Below the pieces are notes generated by a model that was not told the origin of the DNA, ran no database searches, and saw nothing but the letters and a program-made list of their open reading frames with translations. 64,000 nucleotides of DNA. Source: an uncultured Anaerolineae bacterium. Its GTDB lineage: Bacteria > Chloroflexota > Anaerolineae > Promineifilales > Promineifilaceae. Position 1 is the stretch's first letter, and each line of letters starts with the position of its first letter. Positions 19,758 to 29,656 of the stretch are shown piece by piece. A program made the translations under genes and the position numbers. Where the stretch lies: positions 2,979 to 66,978 of the forward strand of contig CAJQMR010000043.1 in assembly GCA_905479495.1 (NCBI GenBank). The letters run 5' to 3'.

Positions 19758-22700
19758 ATGACCATTGACCAGATCATCCCTCCTCCACAACCCCCAGAAA
19801 CAGAAAGCACCACAGTAAACGGCCGTTACATCATCCATGAAAAGATTGGTGAGGGTGGCATGGGGGTTGTCTACCGAGCCACAGATCGACTGACAGACCA
19901 TATTTTGGCCTTCAAACAGGTAATCGTACCCACCTGGCATTATCAGGTTGATGCCGATACGGAGGGTGAAATTGAAGAGGCGCTGCGCCTGGCGCTAGCC
20001 CATGAATTTGAGACGCTGGCTTCGCTGCGACACCCTAATATTATTTCCGTGTTGGACTATGGCTTTGATGAAGAAAGACGGCCGTATTTCACCATGGACT
20101 ACCTGATGGAATCCAAAAACATTTTGGATGCAGGTGCCAAGCTGGATGAGATGGCTAAGATAAATCTGATCCAGCAGATGCTTCAGGCGCTGGCTTATTT
20201 GCACCGACGCGGCATTTTGCACCGCGATCTTAAACCGGCCAACGTTTTGGTCACCCACCGCACCGTCCGCATTTTGGATTTTGGTCTGGCCACCACCCAG
20301 CGCAGCACCATGCAGGCCGCTGGCAGCATTCCCTACATTGCCCCAGAAGTGTGGGAAGATCAGCCCCACAGCGAAGCAGCCGACTTATACGCTGTAGGTA
20401 TCATTGCTTTTGAGCTGCTTGCCGGGCGGCATCCTTTTGACATTAATAGCCACCGCTTTATTGACCAGGTATTGGACGATCCGCCTGATTTAAGTTTGCT
20501 GGATGCCTCGCCAAACGTAACGGCCGTAATCGGCAAGCTAATTGATAAAACACAAGAAACCCGCTATGCCTCCGCTGAAGCATGTATTGCCGCTTTTAGT
20601 CAGGCAGTGGGGCTGCCCATTCCCGCCGAGAGCGTCGCCATCCGCGAAAGTTACCTGCAAGCAGCTAAATTTGTGGGTCGCGCCCAGGAAAAAGAGGCGC
20701 TGCTCCAGGCGCTCGAGGCAGCAAAAGAAGGGCAAGGCTCCAGCTGGCTGGTGAGCGGTGAGAGCGGCGTGGGCAAATCTCGGTTGCTAGATGAAATTGG
20801 CACACAAGCCTTGGTGAATGGGGCACTGGTACTGCGCGGCCAGGCCATTGAAGATATTAGCGGCTCACCGCTGCAACTGTGGCGTGAAGCGCTGCGCCGC
20901 CTAATCCTCACCGCACCGCTGGATGATTTGGCCGTTGGCGTTCTGCAAGGGCTTATCCCCGATATTGGTCACCTCCTGCAACGCCAAGTGTTCCCCGTGC
21001 CGGAACTGGATGCCACCGCTGCCCGCCAACGTTTAATCAGCACCATCACCGGTCTATTTAGCAACCAAACTCAGTGGATTTTGCTTATTTTGGAAGATTT
21101 GCACTGGGCCGATGCCGGTTTAGAGATTTTGCAGCAACTCACGCGCCTGGTCACCCGTCTGCCGCTGCTCATTATTGGCAGCTACCGGAATGATGAAAAC
21201 GCGTCGCTAACACAGCAGCTGCCATTGATGCAAGAACTGCCGCTTAATCGTCTGGCTGCGGAGGAAATTACCGAGCTGAGTACCAGCATGTTGGGAGAAG
21301 CGGGGGAAAACCCAGAGGTATTGGCTTTGCTGCAGCGGGAGACAGAAGGGAATGCATTTTTCCTGGTTGAAGTTGTGCGAGCCCTGGCAGAAGAGGCTGG
21401 TCGCCTAAGCGCGATCGGGCGTACTTCGCTGCCTGAGCAGCTATTTCCGCAGGGCATTCAAACAATTGTGCAGCGCCGCCTGGCACGTGTGCCTGACGCA
21501 GCGGTGCCGCTTTTGGTGGGTACGGCCGTTGCCGGACGTCAGCTAGACCTCAATTTGCTTCCCCTGCTGGCTGGTTCTACCAAAACCACCGTGCCCGTAG
21601 AAACCTGGCTGGCAACCTGTGCCGAAGCGGCCGTACTGGAACTATTTAATGGCAATTGGCGCTTTGCCCATGACAAACTGCGCGCCGGCATTCTAGAAAC
21701 CATCAATCCAGACCGGCAAAAAAGTTGGCACCACACCATCGCTGAACTGATAGAGCAAGTCTACCCCGAGCAACCGGAGCACGCCGCAACCTTAACCTAC
21801 CATTGGCACAAAGCGGGCAACATCGCCAAAGAGCGACAATACGCACATGTTGCCGGAACACACGCGCAACAACAGTTTCTCAATGAAGCTGCTCTCAATT
21901 ATTTTGATCGTGCCCTGGCGCTCACAAAACCAAACGACCTGCCTGGTCAATTTGAACTGCACCTCGCCCGCGAGCAGATTTATCATCTGCTGGGTCTACG
22001 CGACGAGCAGCAAGCGACCCTAACGACGTTAGGTGCTATTGCTACTCAATTAGCGAAGCAGCATAATCTAGAAAAACGGGCCGAAGTGGCCCTGCGCCTG
22101 GCCAGCTATGCGGAAACCACAGGAGATTACCCTACCGCAATTGCTGCCGCCCATGAAGCGCTCCGTGTGGCCCAGGCCAGCGGTGACCGGCAAAATGAAG
22201 CTGCCAGCTACCTGGCCAGCGGGCGAGTATTGTTGCGGCAAGGTGATCACGAAAAAGCCCGACACATCTTGCAAAAGAGCCTGGCTGCGGCGCGCACCTA
22301 TAGTTTCACCAAGCTAGAAGCAGACAGCCTACGTCAGTTCGGGGTCCTAACCTACGATATGGGTCAGTTGGAACTGGCCAATGCGTATTATGAACAATCA
22401 TTGTCACTGTACGAAACACTAAAAAACAAACAAGGTGAAAGTGCTGTTCACAATAATCGTAGCATTGTGGCCATTTCTCAGGGCAACATTGAGCAAGCGC
22501 TTGTTTCGTTAGAAAAGGCACAGCAGATTGATGAGGCTATTGGTGATCGTCACGGGAGAGCTCGCATTTTGACGAACTTGAGTTCCCTGTATATGGATTT
22601 AGGTGACTTTGAAACATCAGAAACTTATAGCAAAGCAGGCCTGGAACTCTGCCGTGAGATTGATGTACTTTTTGGCGAATGTTTTAACTTGATTAATCTC

Positions 22701-23231
22701 AGTCTGACGGCTCATTTTCTGGAAGATGATGTTCAAGCAGAGAACTTTAGTCAGGATGCATTGGCGTTGGCAAACAAAATTGGTAGTCAATTTTTGCGCG
22801 GATTGGCCCTTAAAGATCGGGGCTTCTTACTGGCAAATCAACAAAAGTTTGCAGAAGCAGAGGTAGCGTATCAGACTTCTTTATCTTGTTTGGCTCATAC
22901 GGAACAGATTCTGGAATCGCAAGCTGGGCTGGCCTGGCTGACACTACGGCGTGGAGAGGAAACGGCCGTAAATACCCACATCACCCCCATCGTTGAACAC
23001 CTCAAACAAGGTGGAACTCTGGACGGCACTTCGCGCCCCCTTTATATTTTGCTGTTTACCTACAAAGTGCTGCACTGGCTAGATGATCCGTATGCAACAA
23101 CTGTATTGGAGTCAGCTTACGGCCGTTTGGTTACCTGGGCCAATCAAATCACAGACGATGAGCGGCGCAGCTCCTTTTTAAACAACGTGCCCTTTAACCG
23201 AGAAATTGCCTCGCTGTACAAATCCCAATAA
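19758..23231 (+). CDS. Ser/Thr protein kinase fused to an AAA/STAND-type ATPase and TPR repeats (PknK-like architecture)
   Basis: 1157 aa. Kinase motifs GEGGMGVVYRA, HRDLKPANVL and DFG. P-loop GESGVGKSRLL. The C-terminal ~450 aa are TPR-like. Confidence 0.85.
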   Translation: MTIDQIIPPPQPPETESTTVNGRYIIHEKIGEGGMGVVYRATDRLTDHILAFKQVIVPTWHYQVDADTEGEIEEALRLALAHEFETLASLRHPNIISVLDYGFDEERRPYFTMDYLMESKNILDAGAKLDEMAKINLIQQMLQALAYLHRRGILHRDLKPANVLVTHRTVRILDFGLATTQRSTMQAAGSIPYIAPEVWEDQPHSEAADLYAVGIIAFELLAGRHPFDINSHRFIDQVLDDPPDLSLLDASPNVTAVIGKLIDKTQETRYASAEACIAAFSQAVGLPIPAESVAIRESYLQAAKFVGRAQEKEALLQALEAAKEGQGSSWLVSGESGVGKSRLLDEIGTQALVNGALVLRGQAIEDISGSPLQLWREALRRLILTAPLDDLAVGVLQGLIPDIGHLLQRQVFPVPELDATAARQRLISTITGLFSNQTQWILLILEDLHWADAGLEILQQLTRLVTRLPLLIIGSYRNDENASLTQQLPLMQELPLNRLAAEEITELSTSMLGEAGENPEVLALLQRETEGNAFFLVEVVRALAEEAGRLSAIGRTSLPEQLFPQGIQTIVQRRLARVPDAAVPLLVGTAVAGRQLDLNLLPLLAGSTKTTVPVETWLATCAEAAVLELFNGNWRFAHDKLRAGILETINPDRQKSWHHTIAELIEQVYPEQPEHAATLTYHWHKAGNIAKERQYAHVAGTHAQQQFLNEAALNYFDRALALTKPNDLPGQFELHLAREQIYHLLGLRDEQQATLTTLGAIATQLAKQHNLEKRAEVALRLASYAETTGDYPTAIAAAHEALRVAQASGDRQNEAASYLASGRVLLRQGDHEKARHILQKSLAAARTYSFTKLEADSLRQFGVLTYDMGQLELANAYYEQSLSLYETLKNKQGESAVHNNRSIVAISQGNIEQALVSLEKAQQIDEAIGDRHGRARILTNLSSLYMDLGDFETSETYSKAGLELCREIDVLFGECFNLINLSLTAHFLEDDVQAENFSQDALALANKIGSQFLRGLALKDRGFLLANQQKFAEAEVAYQTSLSCLAHTEQILESQAGLAWLTLRRGEETAVNTHITPIVEHLKQGGTLDGTSRPLYILLFTYKVLHWLDDPYATTVLESAYGRLVTWANQITDDERRSSFLNNVPFNREIASLYKSQ

Positions 23232-23240
23232 CTTCATGAA

Positions 23241-23284
23241 ACAAAAATGAAAACGGCCCAACTTCTACAAGAAAAGTTGGGCCG
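23241..23284 (-). terminator. Intrinsic terminator after the S8 protease gene
   Basis: Perfect 11-bp stem CGGCCCAACTT / AAGTTGGGCCG, with a T-rich tail on the minus strand. Confidence 0.6.
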
Positions 23285-23306
23285 CTGAGTCGTTGTAATT
23301 CAATCG

Positions 23307-26300
23307 TTAGGGCTGTTGAGCCATAAAACCAGTCTGGTATTGATCAACTGCAACATTGTCTTGTGAATACAGAGAACTGTTCCAATAATAATCATCATTC
23401 TCAAAATAATTGTCCGCCCAGTAGTTGCCCTCTGCCCAATAACTACTATCTGCCCAGTAATTGCCTCCAGCCCAGTAGCTACTATCTGCCCAGTAGTTAC
23501 CATCCGCCCAGTAATTACCATCTGCCCAATAGTTACCATCTGCCCAGTAATTGCCTCCGGACCAATAATTACGACCGTCCCAGAAGAAATCTTCCCCTTC
23601 CAGCAGTGGATTACGGTCGGCATCTACAAGTACGTAACCACCTCGGGTTTCATCATAGACCACCGGGCCAACATACGCTTCACCGGGAATCATCGCTCCA
23701 TTGGCGGCGCCGGGATAATCACCCAAAACAGCTTCGGGAGCCCAAATGCGGCCTGCGCCTTGCTGAAAGATACTGGCCGCCAACACGCCATTACTATCAA
23801 CCGAGGGTTGTGCTGTCACCAGCAAACGATATTTCACCTCGTTGGGCGTAAGATTTGGGTTTTCTTGCAACATCAGGGCAACAACACCAGAAGTAACGGC
23901 CGTTGCTGCCGACGTCCCTGACCCCTGATACCAACCACCGTCTCGTCTAAGCTGCGGATAAGTTTCAGCATAATCACTATTGTCGCCGACATACATCCAA
24001 AGATGCGCGCCAGGTGCCAAAACATCTGGCTTGATAAAGCCTGCTTCCGAAGGGCCAGAAGCACTAAAAGGTGGCACATAATCATCATTGAAATACAAAG
24101 GCGAGTAGTTATCAGTAAAAGCACCCACTGTAATAACAAATGGATCATTACCAGGTGTGGTAATTGAACCCGCAGACGGGCCACTGTTACCCGCCGCCGT
24201 TACAACGACAACGCCATGGGCCCATAGCTGCTCAACCGCCTGATTGATCGGATTGTTCCAGTAAGCATCGGTCACGGCACCAGACAGCGACATATTCACA
24301 ATACGGATATTGTAAATGTCCTTATTTTCTAAAACCCATTGCAAACCCGCAATTACGTTTGAGGTGTTTCCCTTACCATGTTTGTCTAGAACCTGCACGT
24401 TGATGATCTCGGCACCAGGCGCAACTGCGATAGGATTGCCTAAGGCATCTGTCGCACCACCGGCAATCAATCCGGCCATAAAGGTCCCGTGACCATTGCT
24501 ATCCCCATTCAATAAGTTTAGATCGATAGCAAAATCTGTCTTGGTCATCTTGCGCAGCACAGCAGCGTTAATACCAGAATCAAGGACCGCAATTGTCACA
24601 CCAGAGCCATCAATGCCCATGTCGTGCAGTTCATCTACACCGGTCACTTGCAAATAATCATTGAGCTGTGCCTCTGCCGTCATTGAGGTTAAAGAAAGAT
24701 CATCCACCAACAAACTACAGCTTGAGCAGCTGGTCAGCCAGGCAATCGCACGAACATAGGCTGTACCTTCTGGAGCAATACTTGATATCTGGAAGGGTGA
24801 CCAAACATTGTCCAGATAAATTTCATGATGGGATTCTCCAATAAAATTGTTGTCAACATCTTCATAAATAATTGAGACGACCACCCATCTGTTCCAAGAA
24901 AAACCGTAGGAAGTTACCGATTTAAACCACCCAGAATACGTATACTTTTGACCTGGTGAGCCGAAGATTTGCTGCCAAATACCATTTCCATCCCAGGAAC
25001 CATCTACTTGCAGGCTCGTACTATCTACAGGCGAATCGCTCACCACGTTTGTCGTACTATCAGCCCCCCAAGTTCCCCAATATTTTTCGCCGTTATCAAA
25101 GCTCCCATTATCTAGCATGTTGACTAAATTCTGATCTGACCCAGGTGTATCTACGCTTAGATTGACATCATCTAGATAAAATTTACCGAAACCGTCTTTA
25201 CCGATCCATACATCAATATAGGCAGTTTGTGGTGGGGCCATACCAGATATTTGAAATTCGGAATATTCAGTAGCGTATGGCAAGTCGGTGCCAACGGCCG
25301 TTAGATAATTCCAATCAGCATCATAAAAATCAATCCAAATGCTTCCCCAATCCACACCACTGGCAGACATTTTGTACCAGCCAGAAAGCGTATAATCCTG
25401 ATCCGGGGTGACGGGAAGCCATTGATCGATACTGGTGGATCCCCAGCTCAGCTCCATGCCATAATTACCACTATATTTATTGTAAGTGGTTGTGCGCACA
25501 ACCCCGCTTGTATACCAATTATTAAACCGGCTTTCAAAACCGCCGTTTAACAACAGATTGGCATCGCTTGTACCATCAGGCTCAGTATCATTGCTAACGG
25601 TCAAAGCAGTATCATCAACCAGCAATGTGCCATCAATTCCTTCAGTCCACACGAGCGCAACGACATAATATGCCTGTGCTGGCACTTCATACTCAACGGT
25701 GTACTGCTCGTACTGGTTCGCCGTAATTTGAGCTCGGGGATTAGCGATGCGATATCCATAAGCATCGTAAAAATCCAGACCCATGTCGGCCCAACCTGGA
25801 TTACCAACGCGTTTGGCCCACAATGAAAATGTCAACATGGTTCCTGGGGCAACAGGAATGTTTTGATAAGCGACATCATCCATTTCGAGTGCATTGGCAT
25901 CACTATGCGCCTCACCAGAAATAGTTGCATTGCCCTCTACATGCCAGCCTATAAACCCGGACTCAAATCCAGGATTTGTCAGCCGATTGCTGGCATCGCT
26001 GCTTTCCACTTCAGCATCAAGGCTAATGTATGCCACAGCCTGTGAGTTGGCCAGATGCAAAATAGCCTCACCGCTCAATTCGGCAGCAAAGGCGTTGATG
26101 ATAGGCAATGGCTGATTGACGCTGCCCCCCAGCTGCGTCAATAGTTGCTCTGCCTGATCCGTATCTTCTATTTTTTGAACAATAATGGGCACGATTGATT
26201 CTGGTTGCTCCGCAATTAACGTCTGTACTGCTGGGTCCAGCTTTTGCGTGGCAGTTTCAGTGATACCTGCGTCAGCAACGGCCGTTCCCCCAGTAAACAC

Positions 26301-26384
26301 CATAATAGCCGCTGTTAACAGCGACATGAGGATTATGATAATTGCCAAGCGGGGACTAGGTGAATAGTTGGCTCCCTGGTTCAT
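23307..26384 (-). CDS. Secreted multidomain subtilisin-like (S8) serine protease: signal/TM, I9-like propeptide, three CBM_4_9-like modules, S8 domain, C-terminal YW hexapeptide repeats
   Basis: 1025 aa. Triad contexts are VLDSGI, NGHGTFMAG and GTSAATAV. The three modules start NPGFESGFIGW, NGGFESRFNNW and NGSFDNGEKYW. The tail reads GGNYWADGNYWADGNYWADGNYW... Confidence 0.85.
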   Translation of the reverse strand: MNQGANYSPSPRLAIIIILMSLLTAAIMVFTGGTAVADAGITETATQKLDPAVQTLIAEQPESIVPIIVQKIEDTDQAEQLLTQLGGSVNQPLPIINAFAAELSGEAILHLANSQAVAYISLDAEVESSDASNRLTNPGFESGFIGWHVEGNATISGEAHSDANALEMDDVAYQNIPVAPGTMLTFSLWAKRVGNPGWADMGLDFYDAYGYRIANPRAQITANQYEQYTVEYEVPAQAYYVVALVWTEGIDGTLLVDDTALTVSNDTEPDGTSDANLLLNGGFESRFNNWYTSGVVRTTTYNKYSGNYGMELSWGSTSIDQWLPVTPDQDYTLSGWYKMSASGVDWGSIWIDFYDADWNYLTAVGTDLPYATEYSEFQISGMAPPQTAYIDVWIGKDGFGKFYLDDVNLSVDTPGSDQNLVNMLDNGSFDNGEKYWGTWGADSTTNVVSDSPVDSTSLQVDGSWDGNGIWQQIFGSPGQKYTYSGWFKSVTSYGFSWNRWVVVSIIYEDVDNNFIGESHHEIYLDNVWSPFQISSIAPEGTAYVRAIAWLTSCSSCSLLVDDLSLTSMTAEAQLNDYLQVTGVDELHDMGIDGSGVTIAVLDSGINAAVLRKMTKTDFAIDLNLLNGDSNGHGTFMAGLIAGGATDALGNPIAVAPGAEIINVQVLDKHGKGNTSNVIAGLQWVLENKDIYNIRIVNMSLSGAVTDAYWNNPINQAVEQLWAHGVVVVTAAGNSGPSAGSITTPGNDPFVITVGAFTDNYSPLYFNDDYVPPFSASGPSEAGFIKPDVLAPGAHLWMYVGDNSDYAETYPQLRRDGGWYQGSGTSAATAVTSGVVALMLQENPNLTPNEVKYRLLVTAQPSVDSNGVLAASIFQQGAGRIWAPEAVLGDYPGAANGAMIPGEAYVGPVVYDETRGGYVLVDADRNPLLEGEDFFWDGRNYWSGGNYWADGNYWADGNYWADGNYWADSSYWAGGNYWADSSYWAEGNYWADNYFENDDYYWNSSLYSQDNVAVDQYQTGFMAQQP
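23413..23592 (-). repeat. Coding 18-bp tandem repeat (ten hexapeptide units, consensus G-N-Y-W-A-D)
   Basis: The Trp codon (CCA on the plus strand) recurs exactly every 18 nt from 23418 to 23580. Confidence 0.9.
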
Positions 26385-26544
26385 AATGGTTCCCCTAATA
26401 AAATACGTTACTTCCCCAGTTTAGTATAAAAGGTCTATGCCTTGTAATCATACGCTAGTGAATTTAGCTTACGAAAAATGTTACACAATCTTACAAAGAA
26501 GCTTAATTAGTGCTAAAGTACTATCTCTTCTATGGTAAGTGTAA

Positions 26545-26578
26545 TAAAAAAACGGCTATTTCCTGGGGAAACGGCCGT
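26545..26578 (-). terminator. Intrinsic terminator after the histidine kinase gene; one arm is an ACGGCCGT copy
   Basis: ACGGCTATTTCC / GGAAACGGCCGT stem followed by T6 on the minus strand. Confidence 0.6.
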
Positions 26579-26611
26579 CTTGTAACACAAATTTTTTTGC
26601 CAGCTAACAGC

Positions 26612-27913
26612 TTAGATCGCTTCTGGCTCTGGAACAAAACAAGGCAGCGTCACCGTGCAGGTGGTACCCGGCAACAACACTTCATCGTAACCATGACTCT
26701 CCAGGCGAACACAACCCCGGTGTGCCTCCACAATACCTCGAGCAATTGGTAAGCCGAGACCAAAACCACCACCTCGATAAGCAATTTTGCTGGTAGAGTG
26801 TGTACTGAGCGAGCCAAGCACGTGGAACATATCAAATACCCGCTTTTGCTCCTCGAATGGCACACCAATACCTGTATCCTTCACAGCAATCTCAATCCGG
26901 TCTTCTACGCAGCTTGCTTCAATCTTAATCTCACCCCCATCGGGCGTATATTTCACTGCGTTGCCAATAATATTTTGAAACACAACCTTTAATTGGCGAG
27001 AATCGGCATCAATCAAAGGCAGCCTTTTTATATCTTCTGCTACTTCAATGGTTAGCTTCCGCTCCTCGCAAACAGTCACTAAATTATTTACCACAGGCAA
27101 AATCACATCGCACAGCCTGATTTTATTGATGGCTAGCTCTAGTTGACCAGATGCAATGCGGAAAAATTGCACGATCTCATCAATAACATGCTGCATACGC
27201 CCCGTTGCTTTATCCAAATTAGCGGCCGTACGGCTGAGCATCGGGTCGTTTTGTAACCCGGCCTTCTCGATAATCATGTTCATTAGCTGCGTATTGGTGG
27301 AAACGGCCGTTAACGGTGTCTTGAGCTCATGCGAGATCAAAATAATGAAATTGTTTTTCAGCTCATCCAATTCTGTTAGATGCTCATTGGCAATCTTCAA
27401 ATTTTCGATGAGCTCTGTGTTTTCAATAGCAATCGCTGCCTGGTTGGCAAAAAGCTGCAAGGGAGCGAGATCCGATTCCCGAAAACGGCCGCGAATCGAG
27501 CGATTCTCCACGTAAATCGCACCAATCGTCCGATTTCGTGTTACCAATGGCACACACATGATCGAGCGCAGACGCAAGGTCATGACACTGATAGCATGAC
27601 CAAACTGAGGGTCCCGCATGGCATCACTCAAAACAACCGCTACACCGGTTTGCACCACCTCTTCCAAAACGGAGGAACTAATCTCGTCCGTCGTACCCGT
27701 CAAATCATTGCCCTTATTATCTCGCCTGATTCTCAAATCAATTGAGCCATCACCGTTTTTCAGGACAATGTAGCCTCGTTCGGCTCCAACTAATGTCAAA
27801 ACCTGGTCAATTGTATAAGCGAGAAGGGGGGCCAGCGAATGAGACTCTGCCATCTGGCGGCTAACGCGCAGCATAAAGTCCAGGAGTTCAATGCCTTCAA
27901 GTCGTTTGGTCAT
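26612..27913 (-). CDS. GAF-domain sensor histidine kinase
   Basis: 433 aa. N-terminal GAF domain, H-box ILISHELKTPLTAV and HATPase G-box GGGFGLGLPIARGIV. No response regulator is adjacent. Confidence 0.85.
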   Translation of the reverse strand: MTKRLEGIELLDFMLRVSRQMAESHSLAPLLAYTIDQVLTLVGAERGYIVLKNGDGSIDLRIRRDNKGNDLTGTTDEISSSVLEEVVQTGVAVVLSDAMRDPQFGHAISVMTLRLRSIMCVPLVTRNRTIGAIYVENRSIRGRFRESDLAPLQLFANQAAIAIENTELIENLKIANEHLTELDELKNNFIILISHELKTPLTAVSTNTQLMNMIIEKAGLQNDPMLSRTAANLDKATGRMQHVIDEIVQFFRIASGQLELAINKIRLCDVILPVVNNLVTVCEERKLTIEVAEDIKRLPLIDADSRQLKVVFQNIIGNAVKYTPDGGEIKIEASCVEDRIEIAVKDTGIGVPFEEQKRVFDMFHVLGSLSTHSTSKIAYRGGGFGLGLPIARGIVEAHRGCVRLESHGYDEVLLPGTTCTVTLPCFVPEPEAI

Positions 27914-28001
27914 AGCTTAATAATATGACCGTTAACGGCATGGTTCTATGGGAAATAGGGGGTAATCAAATTCTATTTTCGCCTTTTTCACGCGCCTGAT
28001 T

Positions 28002-29021
28002 TCATTGAAACAGACTCGGGTTTGATGACACCCAACTGTATAAATCTCGAATCCCTTTTTGTGGCGAGATAGTAGGCTGCCAATCCAGTTTTTGGGCAAC
28101 TTTACGAATGTCGGCTACAAACACACGCTGGTCGCCCGGACGCCATTCTGCCCAATTAATTGATACTTCGTGGCCAGCGAGTTCTGCCAGCAAGGGGCCA
28201 AATTCTGTCCAAATAGATAATGTGTTTTCAGGGCCGCCACCCACATTAAAGACCTCGCCACGCAGGGTATCGATTTTTTGTATGCCGCGTTCATAAGCAC
28301 GAACCAAATCTTGCACATGCAGCAAATCGCGCACCTGCTTGCCATCCCCGTAAATGGTAATAGACCGGTTCATGATGGTAGCGATGACAAAATGGGCCAC
28401 CCACCCCTGATCTTCGATACCAAACTGCCGCTGACCATAAATGCAAGATTGGCGGAATACCATTGTTTTGAGACCGTAGATACGGCCGTAATCCAGCATA
28501 TATTGATCCCCTGCGCCTTTCGAGCAGCCGTACGGAGAATGAAAATCAAGGGGATATGTTTCTGGGATGCCATGTGTGTAATCGGCATAGCTGTAACGGC
28601 CGTTCGCCTGCACCACCTTGGCCCCCTCCATACCCCCGTACACCTTGTTGGTTGAGGCATACAAAACGGCCGCATTCGGGCATTCGTGCCGCACAGCTTC
28701 CAACACATTAAACGTCCCCAAGGCGTTAATTTCAAAATCTTCTCGCGGATTCTGTACCGAGGTGGTGACCGCCACCTGGCTGGCCAGATGCAGCACTGCA
28801 TCCGCCCCACCGATAGCCCCTGCCAAGGCATCATAGTCGCGAATATCACCAGCCACAAAGTGAAGGCGTTCGCCGTGCCGTGCCCGCAGCCACTCCAGAT
28901 TTGCTGGGCCACCCTTACGTGACAGATTATCAAACACCACCACGTCATGCCCCTGCTGTAAAAAATAATCGGCGCTGTTACAGCCAATAAATCCAGCCCC
29001 GCCCGTAATAAATAGTTTCAT
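28002..29021 (-). CDS. NAD-dependent sugar epimerase (SDR; CDP-paratose/tyvelose 2-epimerase-like)
   Basis: 339 aa with GGAGFIGCN, YGCSKGAGDQY and GIEDQGWVAHF. Confidence 0.8.
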   Translation of the reverse strand: MKLFITGGAGFIGCNSADYFLQQGHDVVVFDNLSRKGGPANLEWLRARHGERLHFVAGDIRDYDALAGAIGGADAVLHLASQVAVTTSVQNPREDFEINALGTFNVLEAVRHECPNAAVLYASTNKVYGGMEGAKVVQANGRYSYADYTHGIPETYPLDFHSPYGCSKGAGDQYMLDYGRIYGLKTMVFRQSCIYGQRQFGIEDQGWVAHFVIATIMNRSITIYGDGKQVRDLLHVQDLVRAYERGIQKIDTLRGEVFNVGGGPENTLSIWTEFGPLLAELAGHEVSINWAEWRPGDQRVFVADIRKVAQKLDWQPTISPQKGIRDLYSWVSSNPSLFQ

Positions 29022-29092
29022 ACTTGATTCCTAACCTTGAAAATGAAAATCAAAAGCGTCCCTCGATACCTTTTTATACAGGGAACACTTGC

Positions 29093-29641
29093 TCAAGCCT
29101 CACTTTGCAGCCGCTGGTAAAGTGTGGCTTGCTGTTCCTTCAGAAATTGATGATAGCGCGCATTGAGCGAAGCCATTGTCATAAGCAAGGCGTCTTCCCC
29201 AGTGTCCCGATAGTAACGGGGACGCGTACCAACTTCTTCAAACTGATATTTGCGGTAGAGGGCCTGAGCCACCCGATTACTTTGGCGCACCTCAAGTGTC
29301 GCCATGTTAGCCGGATGATCATAGGCTTGAAACAGTAGGTAGAGCAGCAGTAATTCTCCCAGACCGTGTCCGCGCCATTGGGGATGCGTGGCAATCGTGC
29401 TGATGTGAACCTCGTCGGCAATGAGCCAAAACCCGGAAAATCCGATGATTTGTGGCGAACGGCCGTCTTCCCCCAGCCCCAATACCTGATAATGCGCAAT
29501 ATTATTCTGCGCCAGTTCATGTTCAAACAAACCGGCCCGCGCTGGCGTAGGAAAAGAAAGCCGGTCAATAGTCTGTACCGCAAACAGATCAACCATTTGC
29601 ATGGAACGTAGCCAATATGGCGTTTTAGGAATTGATAACAT
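29093..29641 (-). CDS. rimI: Ribosomal-protein-alanine N-acetyltransferase RimI (GNAT)
   Basis: 182 aa. GNAT motif (HPQWRGHGLGELLL) downstream of tsaE-tsaB. Confidence 0.8.
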   Translation of the reverse strand: MLSIPKTPYWLRSMQMVDLFAVQTIDRLSFPTPARAGLFEHELAQNNIAHYQVLGLGEDGRSPQIIGFSGFWLIADEVHISTIATHPQWRGHGLGELLLLYLLFQAYDHPANMATLEVRQSNRVAQALYRKYQFEEVGTRPRYYRDTGEDALLMTMASLNARYHQFLKEQQATLYQRLQSEA

Positions 29642-29656
29642 GGGGCGTGTATAACA

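Noticed and set aside
23300-23623. A 107-aa ORF with GQMVTIGQMVITGRMVTTGQIVATG periodicity.
   Set aside because: It is an alternative-frame reading of the 18-bp YW repeat region of the protease gene. The periodicity is inherited from that repeat.
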